64,000 bases of DNA. It comes from Candidatus Deferrimicrobiaceae bacterium. GTDB taxonomy: Bacteria; Desulfobacterota; Deferrimicrobia; Deferrimicrobiales; Deferrimicrobiaceae. Under the pieces are notes generated by a model. It was not told the origin of the DNA and did not search any database. It worked only from the letters and a program-made list of their open reading frames with translations. A program made the translations under genes and the position numbers. Below, in pieces: positions 40,755 through 48,637 of the stretch; position 1 is the first letter of the stretch; each line of letters opens with the position of its first letter. The stretch covers positions 128,001-192,000 of the forward strand of contig CAWBVY010000004.1 of NCBI GenBank assembly GCA_963792415.1. The letters run 5' to 3'.

Positions 40755-41885
40755 ATGACGACGCACCGGTTCTTCGCTACGACGTTCAAGGGGCTGGAAG
40801 ACGCACTGGCGGGGGAGATCGCGGCCCTCGGCGGGGAAGACGTGTCCACGGGCGCCGGATCCGTCGCCTTCTCCGGCGACATGGCGCTCTGCTACCGCGC
40901 CAACCTCTGGCTCCGGTCGGCCAACCGGGTCGTCCTGCTCCTGTCGGAGTTCCACGCGCCGACCCCCGCGGCCCTCTACGAAGGGGCGAGCGGGATCCCC
41001 TGGGCGGAGCTGTTCTCGCCGGACCGGACGATCGCGGTCGACGCCACGGTGCGCGACTCCGGCATCACCCACTCCCACTTCGCGGCGCAGAAGACGAAGG
41101 ACGCGATCGTCGACCGGTTCCGCGAGACGGTCGGGCGGCGGCCGGACGTGGATGCGAAGTCCCCGGAGGTGCGGATCGTCGTCCGGATCGTGCGCGACGC
41201 GTGCGCCGTCTCGCTCGACACCTCGGGCGAGAGCCTGAACCGGCGCGGCTACCGGGCGAGCCCGTCGGAGGCGTCGCTCAAGGAGACGCTGGCCGCGGGA
41301 CTTCTTCTGCTCGCCGGGTGGCAGGGGGACGAGCCGCTGATCGACCCGGCGTGCGGCGCCGGGACGATCCCGATCGAGGCGGCGCTGATCGCGGGGAACA
41401 TTGCGCCGGGGTCCCTCGGGCGCGACTTCGGGTTCCAGCGCCTCCACGGGTTCGACCGGAAGCGGTGGGAGGCGCTCCTGTCGGAGGCGAAGGAAGCGGC
41501 CCGTCACCCGGTACCGGTGCGGATCGAGGGAAGCGACATCGCCCCGGGGGTGGTGGCCGGTGCGATGAAGAACGCTGCATCCGCAAATGTCAATGAACGG
41601 GTGCTGTTTAATGCACGATCGGTCCGCAATTTCGACCCGGGGGAAGGGCCGGGGACGATCCTGTGCAACCCCCCGTACGGCGTCCGCCTCCCCGGCGGCG
41701 GGGAGGTCGAGGCGTTCTACCGGGAGATGGGAGAGGCGCTCAAAAAGCGGTGCCGGGGGTGGACGGCGTACCTGCTCTCCGGCAACTCCGCCGTCACCCG
41801 CTTCCTCGGCCTGAAGGCGTCGCGGAAGTTCCCCGTCATGAACGGCCCGATCGACTGCCGCCTGCTGAAGTACGAACTGTACTAG
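40755..41885 (+). CDS. THUMP-domain RNA methyltransferase (RlmL-like)
   Basis: SLDTSGESLNRRGYR, DPACGAGT, NPPYG. Confidence 0.93.
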   Translation: MTTHRFFATTFKGLEDALAGEIAALGGEDVSTGAGSVAFSGDMALCYRANLWLRSANRVVLLLSEFHAPTPAALYEGASGIPWAELFSPDRTIAVDATVRDSGITHSHFAAQKTKDAIVDRFRETVGRRPDVDAKSPEVRIVVRIVRDACAVSLDTSGESLNRRGYRASPSEASLKETLAAGLLLLAGWQGDEPLIDPACGAGTIPIEAALIAGNIAPGSLGRDFGFQRLHGFDRKRWEALLSEAKEAARHPVPVRIEGSDIAPGVVAGAMKNAASANVNERVLFNARSVRNFDPGEGPGTILCNPPYGVRLPGGGEVEAFYREMGEALKKRCRGWTAYLLSGNSAVTRFLGLKASRKFPVMNGPIDCRLLKYELY

Positions 41886-41954
41886 GCCGCTTCACTCCCT
41901 CATCGCACCAGGCAGAGGCGGTCGGGGGACGAGGATCCGACATCCCTTCGGGAT

Positions 41955-43304
41955 TCATTCCCCCCGCTGCGGGGGGATGCGCCTGTCCGGGTCCGCCTCG
42001 TCGAATTCGAGCCGCTCGAGCTTCCCCGCGACGAAGACAAAGCTCGATATCGCCAGGAGCGCCGTGACGGCGATGAAGATCAGGGCGCCGTCGTAGGAAC
42101 CGGTGCGCTGGACGATGTATCCGATCGCGATGGGCGTGACGATCCCCGACAGGTTGCTGAATGTATTGAACAGTCCGCCGCTGAGCCCGGCCGCTTCCCT
42201 CGGCGCGACGTCGGCGATCACGGTCCAGCCCATCGTCGCGAACCCCCTCCCGAAGACCGCGAGGGACATCAGCGCGATGACGGGCCAGACCCCGCGGACG
42301 TAGACGCAGCCGACGATGCTCGTCGAAAGAAGCATCCCGAGCACGATCGGCGTCTTCCGGGCCCGGCTCAACGAACACCCCCGCCGGAGAAGATGGTCCG
42401 AGAACGCTCCCCCGCCCATCGCCCCGAAGAAGCCGAAGACCGCAGGGACCGTCGCGACGACTCCCGCCTTGAGGACCGGCATCCCCCTGGCCTCGACCAG
42501 GTAGAGCGGAAACCACGTCAGGAAGAACCAGGTAACCGTGGTGAGGAACGCCTGTCCGACGTAGATCCCCACCATCATCCGGTTCCGGAGCAGTCTCGTC
42601 ACGTACCGCCATCTTGAAGGGGCGGCCGGCTGGTCCGACGCCCGGGGCTGGTCCATCCACACCAGCGCACCCCCGCGTTCGATCCGGTCCCGCTCCGCCG
42701 TCGTGATCCGGGGATGGTCCATCGGGCCGTAGATGATACGCGGCCAGGCAACCGCCAGGCCGATGCCGATGATCCCCGTCAGGAAGAAGACCCATCTCCA
42801 GCCGAAGGAGTGCGTCACCCAGCCGATCAGCGGGTAGAAGAGGACCAGCGAAAAGTATTGCGCCGACGCGAAGACGGCGGTAGCCACGCCGCGCTCCGCG
42901 TTCGGGAACCACGCCGACACGATGCGGGCGTTCCCCGGAAAGACCGGCGATGCCGCCAGTCCCAGCAGGAAGCGCAACGCGAACAGCGCGACCACGCCGA
43001 ATGCGGCCGGCACCGAACCGACGAACCCCTGCAGGAAACTCAAGACTCCCCAGGCGAGAAGCGCGAGTCCGTACACCTTTTTCGAGCCGAATCGATCCAG
43101 CAGGGCGCCGCTCGGGATCTGGGCGGCCACGTAGGCCCAGCCGAACGCCGAGAAGAGGTACCCCAGCATCACGGGGCTCAGGTGGAGGTCCGCCGAAACC
43201 GCCGCGCCGGTGATCGACAGGGAAGTGCGGTCCGCGAAGCTTGCGACGCTCACGGCGAAGAGCATGGCCAGCGTGAGGTAGCGGAGCGGCATCTTGGCCG
43301 CCAT
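41955..43304 (-). CDS. MFS transporter, anion:cation symporter (GudP/DgoT-like)
   Basis: DRFGSKK, WFPNAERG, SRARKTPIV. Confidence 0.92.
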   Translation of the reverse strand: MAAKMPLRYLTLAMLFAVSVASFADRTSLSITGAAVSADLHLSPVMLGYLFSAFGWAYVAAQIPSGALLDRFGSKKVYGLALLAWGVLSFLQGFVGSVPAAFGVVALFALRFLLGLAASPVFPGNARIVSAWFPNAERGVATAVFASAQYFSLVLFYPLIGWVTHSFGWRWVFFLTGIIGIGLAVAWPRIIYGPMDHPRITTAERDRIERGGALVWMDQPRASDQPAAPSRWRYVTRLLRNRMMVGIYVGQAFLTTVTWFFLTWFPLYLVEARGMPVLKAGVVATVPAVFGFFGAMGGGAFSDHLLRRGCSLSRARKTPIVLGMLLSTSIVGCVYVRGVWPVIALMSLAVFGRGFATMGWTVIADVAPREAAGLSGGLFNTFSNLSGIVTPIAIGYIVQRTGSYDGALIFIAVTALLAISSFVFVAGKLERLEFDEADPDRRIPPQRGE

Positions 43305-43406
43305 TTACGGGCCGCCCGTCGACGTTCCCTCGTTTCGCCGCGCAGCCTTGACCGTGACGTAGATCGGAAAGACCAGGGACAGGATGATCAATAACCACAA
43401 GAACAT
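43305..43406 (-). CDS. Putative small single-TM peptide (33 aa)
   Basis: MFLWLLIILSLVFPIYVTVKAARR; its TAA abuts the ATG of the MFS gene. Confidence 0.5.
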   Translation of the reverse strand: MFLWLLIILSLVFPIYVTVKAARRNEGTSTGGP

Positions 43407-43477
43407 CGCTTTGGGACTCTTTGTGAAAAAGTCGATCCATCCGCATGGGCCTTCCGATGAGGGAATCCCGGGGGAGG

Positions 43478-44500
43478 TCACGTACCGAACCGCGCCAGCA
43501 CCCCCTCCAGGCGCTTTCGCCCGGAGGCCGTCTCCTCGAACGGGTCCTCCTTCAACCGGTGCGGCAGCGCCAGCCGGAAGGCGTCGGAGAGGCACTCCTG
43601 GTCGGGCGAGGGGATCCCCTTGATCGCCGCCAGCGCCCTGGACGCCTTGAGCACCGTGATGTCCCCGCGATGCCCGGCCACGCCCAGCTCCGCGACCACG
43701 GCGACGATCGACTCGAGGATCTCCCCGGGAACCTCGACGCGGGGGAGGGTTGCCCGGGCCGCCACCAGCCGCGCCCGCAGCTCCTCGTCCTTTCGGTCCC
43801 ACTTCTCCTGGAACCCCGCGTCCTCCCCCTCGAACAGCAACACCCGCTCCACGATCGACCTCCGGAACCCGACGTCCCGCTCCCCGGAGATCTCGACGCA
43901 CAACCCGAAACGGTCCAGCAGCTGCGGCCGAAGCTCCCCCTCCTCCGGGTTCATCGTCCCCACCAGAAGGAAACGCGACGGGTGACGGTAGCTCACGCCC
44001 TCCCGCATCACCGCGTTCACACCCGACACCGCCACGTCCAGAAGGACGTCCACCACGTGGTCGTCCAGGAGGTTCACCTCGTCGATGTACAACACGTTCC
44101 CGTTCGCCTTCCCCAGCACACCCATCTCGAACTTCCGGCTCCCCTCCCGAAGCGCCGCCTCCAGGTCCAGGCTCCCCACCACCCGGTCCTCCGACGCGTT
44201 CAGCGCGAGGTCCACAACCTCCACGGGACGGGACGCGTACCGCAGAACCTCCCCCGACGCCTCCCGGGCACGGCACTCGTCGCACAACAGCGTCCCCCGG
44301 ACGCAGCAGAAACGGCAGTCCGACACCACCTCCTTCGGAGGAAGGACCGCCGCGAACGAGCGCACCGCCGTCGTCTTCCCCGTTCCCTTCTCCCCGCGCA
44401 GAAGCACGCCGCCGATCGACGGGTCCACCGCGTTCACCAGCAGGCCCTTCTTCAACAGCTCCTGGCCCACCAAGGCGCTGAAAGGAAAATGCCGCCTCAT
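43478..44500 (-). CDS. ChlI/BchI-like AAA+ ATPase
   Basis: FPFSALVGQ, GEKGTGKTT, YIDEVNLL, MNPEEGELRPQLLDRFG, LPHRL. Confidence 0.93.
   Translation of the reverse strand: MRRHFPFSALVGQELLKKGLLVNAVDPSIGGVLLRGEKGTGKTTAVRSFAAVLPPKEVVSDCRFCCVRGTLLCDECRAREASGEVLRYASRPVEVVDLALNASEDRVVGSLDLEAALREGSRKFEMGVLGKANGNVLYIDEVNLLDDHVVDVLLDVAVSGVNAVMREGVSYRHPSRFLLVGTMNPEEGELRPQLLDRFGLCVEISGERDVGFRRSIVERVLLFEGEDAGFQEKWDRKDEELRARLVAARATLPRVEVPGEILESIVAVVAELGVAGHRGDITVLKASRALAAIKGIPSPDQECLSDAFRLALPHRLKEDPFEETASGRKRLEGVLARFGT
43773..44488. repeat. 716-bp direct repeat, copy A (AAA+ core)
   Basis: Matches 46354-47069 with about 8 substitutions by eye and no indels. Confidence 0.95.
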
Positions 44501-44889
44501 TTTCCGCCCTTTCCCCGGCTCGCGTCGGCGCCCAGCCACTCCTCGCCGCCCGCCGGGCAGAAGGCGCGCCACCGGATGCGGAAGTAGTCGTCCCCGAGCC
44601 AGTCCATGATGTCCGCCCCGCGCTCCCCGGTGAACCCGAACGAACGGTCGAACTCGACCACCATCACCTTGCGCTGCTCGTTGTCGTAGATCCTGAGCCA
44701 GTAGGTCCCGTCCGCAAGCTCCCCCGCGTCGATGGGGACGAGGTCGGAGTATTGCAGCGCCAGCCGGCGCGACAGCGTCGCCAGTCCCATCGGCACGCCG
44801 TTGACGAAGAGGATCTTCTTCCCGTCCCCGACCTTTCCGTACCGGTCTTCGATCTCCCGCCGGGCGATCGTGACCTTCCGCTCCTCCAC
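44497..44889 (-). CDS. Hypothetical protein (130 aa) between the two ATPase genes
   Basis: GGAGG RBS + GTG; stop overlaps the chlI-like ATG; VEERKVTIARREIEDRYG..YWLRIYDNEQR. Confidence 0.8.
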   Translation of the reverse strand: MEERKVTIARREIEDRYGKVGDGKKILFVNGVPMGLATLSRRLALQYSDLVPIDAGELADGTYWLRIYDNEQRKVMVVEFDRSFGFTGERGADIMDWLGDDYFRIRWRAFCPAGGEEWLGADASRGKGGK

Positions 44890-44918
44890 GGCACCCACCT
44901 CCCCGCGCCCTTCCCCGG

Positions 44919-47078
44919 TCACAACGCCATCCGGCTGCGGATCGCCTTCAGGATTCCGGCGCGGCTCATCTCGGCCAGAGAGAAGTACTTCGCGCCCATC
45001 GCGTCGGCCACCGTCCGCGCCGGCCCGTCGGAGAAGATCCCGCGCGTCCTGACCGATTTCTGGGTCGCCTCCATGGCGGACCGCAGCGCCGCCGGCCCCG
45101 CCACCATCCGGTCCGCGTCGATCACGAGCGAGGTGACCCCCATCTTCCGGATCGTCCTCGCGATCTTCACCGCCTCCTCCAGCGGCTCGCCGCCGAAGTA
45201 CGCCACGTTCGCACGCCCGTCGGTGATCAGGGCGAGGATGGCTCTCCGGCCCGGTTCGCGCACCTGCTCCATCTCCAGCGTCTTCACCGCCGCGAACAAC
45301 CCGATGGAGAGCGGCGTGGTCCCCCCCGAGGCGAGCCAGGTGAGCTGCATCGCGGCCTGCGACGCGCTCCCGGTCGGCGGCACGACCACCTCCCCCACCG
45401 AGTCGCGGAAGGTGATCAGACCCACCCGGTCGCGCTTCACGTAACTGTCCCGGAGCAGGGAGAGGACCGCGCCCTTGGTCGCCACCATCCGCTGCTGCGT
45501 CTCCATCGAGCCGGAGGCGTCCATCACCACGAGGACGAGGTTCCCCACCTTCCGCTCCCGCTGCTTCCCCCGCAGGTCGGAGAGCCCGATCCGGACCCGA
45601 TGCGTCACCCGGTCCACGTGCCCCCCCGCGGCGGCGGCGAACAGCGTCGCGTCGATGGCGATGTCCCTTCCCTTCTCCCACGGGACGCTGCGGACGTACC
45701 GGCCGCGCGAACTTTTCGTGCGCGACGTGCTCCGCTTTCCGACCGCGTCGGAAAGCTTTCTCCCCTTCGGGGCGACGATTCTGCGCACCTCGTACGGGTC
45801 GGAAGGGGTGATGATGCTCTCCTCGACGTATCCCTGGCAGTAGTCGCATTCCGGATCGCCGCACGTCGGCGGCCCCGGGCGTCCCGAAGACGCCTCCGCC
45901 GCCTCGTACCGGTGGCGCTTCGCCCGCGCATGCTCGATCGCCTGGCGCTCCCGCTCCTGCGTCGTCTCCGCGGGAGCCCGGAAGATCACGCCGCCGCGCT
46001 TCATCCCGTGGGTCGTCCCGGGAAGGGGGACCACGGGCCCGCGATCCTCCTCGTCGGCAAGCTCCCCGGGGAAGGCCCACGACAGGAGACGTTCCACGTG
46101 GTACGCCCGCGCCGCGCTCACCCCCGCCCGGGGGACGCGGTGCGGGAGGGCCAGGCGGATCGCGTCGCGCATGTCGGCCGCCTCCAGCTCCTCGCCCCCG
46201 CGCAGGCACGCCAGCGCACGGGCGGTCTTGAGGATCGCCAGATCCCCCCGGTGCCCCGCGATCCCGAGGGTGTTGTTCACTTCCGCCACGGTGTTCACGA
46301 GATGCTCCCCGACGTACACCCGCCCGAGGCGGGCCCGCGCGTCGCGCACCACGGCCCGCAGCTCCTCGTCCTTTCGGTCCCACTTCTCCTGGAACCCGGC
46401 GTCCTCCCCCTCGAACAGCAACACCCGCTCCACGATCGACCTCCGGAACCCGACGTCCCGCTCCCCGGAGATCTCGACGCACAACCCGAAACGGTCCAGC
46501 AGCTGCGGCCGAAGCTCCCCCTCCTCCGGGTTCATCGTCCCCACCAGAAGGAAACGCGACGGGTGACGGTAGCTCACGCCCTCCCGCATCACCGCGTTCA
46601 CACCCGACACCGCCACGTCCAGAAGGACGTCCACCACGTGGTCGTCCAGGAGGTTCACCTCGTCGATGTACAACACGTTCCCGTTCGCCTTCCCCAGCAC
46701 ACCCATCTCGAACTTCCGGCTCCCCTCCCGAAGCGCCGCCTCCAGGTCCAGGCTCCCCACCACCCGGTCCTCCGACGCGTTCAGCGCGAGGTCCACAACC
46801 TCCACGGGACGGGACGCGTACCGAAGCGTCTCCCCCGACGCCTCCCGGGCACGGCACTCGTCGCACAACAGCGTCCCCCGGACGCAGCAGAAACGGCAGT
46901 CCGACACCACCTCCTTCGGAGGAAGGACCGCCGCGAACGAGCGCACCGCCGTCGTCTTCCCCGTTCCCTTCTCCCCGCGCAGAAGCACGCCGCCGATCGA
47001 CGGGTCCACCGCGTTCACAAGGAGGCCCTTCTTCAGCAGCTCCTGGCCCACCAAGGCGCTGAAAGGAAACGTATTCAT
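44919..47078 (-). CDS. ChlD/BchD-like AAA+ ATPase-vWA protein
   Basis: AAA+ core, linker with CGDPECDYC, MIDAS DASGS, GGTTPL, LITDGRANV. Confidence 0.93.
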   Translation of the reverse strand: MNTFPFSALVGQELLKKGLLVNAVDPSIGGVLLRGEKGTGKTTAVRSFAAVLPPKEVVSDCRFCCVRGTLLCDECRAREASGETLRYASRPVEVVDLALNASEDRVVGSLDLEAALREGSRKFEMGVLGKANGNVLYIDEVNLLDDHVVDVLLDVAVSGVNAVMREGVSYRHPSRFLLVGTMNPEEGELRPQLLDRFGLCVEISGERDVGFRRSIVERVLLFEGEDAGFQEKWDRKDEELRAVVRDARARLGRVYVGEHLVNTVAEVNNTLGIAGHRGDLAILKTARALACLRGGEELEAADMRDAIRLALPHRVPRAGVSAARAYHVERLLSWAFPGELADEEDRGPVVPLPGTTHGMKRGGVIFRAPAETTQERERQAIEHARAKRHRYEAAEASSGRPGPPTCGDPECDYCQGYVEESIITPSDPYEVRRIVAPKGRKLSDAVGKRSTSRTKSSRGRYVRSVPWEKGRDIAIDATLFAAAAGGHVDRVTHRVRIGLSDLRGKQRERKVGNLVLVVMDASGSMETQQRMVATKGAVLSLLRDSYVKRDRVGLITFRDSVGEVVVPPTGSASQAAMQLTWLASGGTTPLSIGLFAAVKTLEMEQVREPGRRAILALITDGRANVAYFGGEPLEEAVKIARTIRKMGVTSLVIDADRMVAGPAALRSAMEATQKSVRTRGIFSDGPARTVADAMGAKYFSLAEMSRAGILKAIRSRMAL
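46354..47069. repeat. 716-bp direct repeat, copy B
   Basis: Near-identical to 43773-44488. Confidence 0.95.
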
Positions 47079-47127
47079 CGGATGAGTATATCAGTGGAAA
47101 CGCATGCCACCGGAAAGCGCCCGCACG

Positions 47128-47643
47128 TTACGCCAGGAAGAACTCCTCGCCGGGGGGAAGCGCCTGCATCAGCGCGATCAGGTGGGACCGGATCCCCTCG
47201 GGGGGATCGCCGGCCCGGGGGGTGCCGGTTTTCCGCAACGCGTCGATATACCCGCGGCACTCCGGGCACGCGGCGCAGTGGCTCTCGACGAGGAGCGCCG
47301 TGGCCGAGGAGAGCTCCCCGGCGGCGGCCGCCCCGACGAGATCCGCGACCTTTTCCCGCCGGTCCCGCTCGATCTGATCCCGGTACTCGCGCATCTTTTC
47401 GGGATACTTCAGCGCCGAGGAGCGGACGAAGGCTTCCAGCCGTTCGCGGACCTCGACCGGGATCGCGTACTCGATCGTCTCCCGAAGCTTCCGGGTCCCT
47501 TCACAGGTTGCCCGGAACGTCTTCGTGAACGCCATGCACGGCTCGCACCGCGAGAGATGGCCATCGAGTTCCTCGCGCAGCCGGGGATCCATCGACCCGT
47601 TGCAGTAATCCGCGAGCATGTACGCCAGTTCCTTGCAATTCAC
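47128..47643 (-). CDS. Anti-sigma factor with two zf-HC2 (ZAS) motifs
   Basis: HLSRCEPC and HCAACPEC; directly downstream of the ECF sigma. Confidence 0.88.
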   Translation of the reverse strand: MNCKELAYMLADYCNGSMDPRLREELDGHLSRCEPCMAFTKTFRATCEGTRKLRETIEYAIPVEVRERLEAFVRSSALKYPEKMREYRDQIERDRREKVADLVGAAAAGELSSATALLVESHCAACPECRGYIDALRKTGTPRAGDPPEGIRSHLIALMQALPPGEEFFLA

Positions 47644-47647
47644 GGCG

Positions 47648-48253
47648 TCACTCCGCCCTCCCCTCCCGCAGGTAGCGGGAGAGCTGCTCGCGCAGGTAAA
47701 GACGGGCCCGGTGCAGGCGGGACTTGATCGCGGGAACGGTGAGACCGAGGACCTTGGCCGCCTCCTCGTTGGACAGCCCCTCCACGTCGCTCAGGACGAA
47801 GACGACACGGTACTTCTCGGAAAGCTCCTCGGTGAATTTGCGGATCATCCGGCCCAGTTCCTCGTTGAGCGCATCCCGCTCGACCTCCTTGCTCCAGTCG
47901 TCCATCGGAGAGGCGTGCATCCCTTCATCGGTGAACATGGGCATGAACTCCTCGATCGAAACGGTTTCGCTCCGCCTCTTCCCGCGGAGGCGCATGAGGC
48001 ACGTGTTCACGCAGATCCGGTATATCCACGAGTAGAAGGCGGAGTTTCCCTGGAACGTCCCCACCTTCCGGATCACGGTCATGAACACGTCCTGCGTCGC
48101 CTCCTCGGCGTCGCTCTCGTTCTTCAGGATCGACATCGCAAGGTTGAAGATCTTCCCCTGGTACAGCCGGAGCAATTCGACGACCGCGCCCGGGTCCCCC
48201 TTGCGAAGGCTCTCCAGAAGAACCTCGTCATCCTTCCACCGCTCGGCGGACAT
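47648..48253 (-). CDS. ECF sigma-70 factor
   Basis: DAEEATQDVF, FYSWIYRI, AIKSRLHRAR. Confidence 0.95.
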   Translation of the reverse strand: MSAERWKDDEVLLESLRKGDPGAVVELLRLYQGKIFNLAMSILKNESDAEEATQDVFMTVIRKVGTFQGNSAFYSWIYRICVNTCLMRLRGKRRSETVSIEEFMPMFTDEGMHASPMDDWSKEVERDALNEELGRMIRKFTEELSEKYRVVFVLSDVEGLSNEEAAKVLGLTVPAIKSRLHRARLYLREQLSRYLREGRAE

Positions 48254-48472
48254 GCACGACTCCTTATTTGATTCCGACACCCCGGGAGAGTTTCCGGCCT
48301 CTCCCCGAAAAAACAAGCAGTACCACGTTTCTTTCCGGGGGCGCAAGCCCGTCGCAGCCTCGCCCCGCCGCCAGGATAAAATAGCGCAATAAACTTTGCG
48401 GATCGGACCGGTTCGCTTAAAATGGGAAGGCATGGGATCCGGCGGAAGAAGGTTCCCGCGGAAAGAGACGAC

Positions 48473-48634
48473 GTGAAGAAACACCACTGGATGCTGATCG
48501 CCATGATGACGGCGGGGACGGCGACCTTTCTCCTGGCCTTCCTCCGTCGGCGGGACGCCGCTTTGGCCCCTCGCTACGACCGCCCCGCAGGGGGCGAGAG
48601 AGAGGGCGGGTTCGAGCTCTTCATCGGTTCCTGA
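48473..48634 (+). CDS. Small membrane-anchored hypothetical protein (53 aa)
   Basis: GTG start, hydrophobic WMLIAMMTAGTATFLLAFL; divergent from the ECF gene. Confidence 0.55.
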   Translation: MKKHHWMLIAMMTAGTATFLLAFLRRRDAALAPRYDRPAGGEREGGFELFIGS

Positions 48635-48637
48635 GAT

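Noticed and set aside
43478-47078. Photosynthetic Mg-chelatase or chlorophyll pathway
   Set aside because: No ChlH/BchH or other (bacterio)chlorophyll genes in the window
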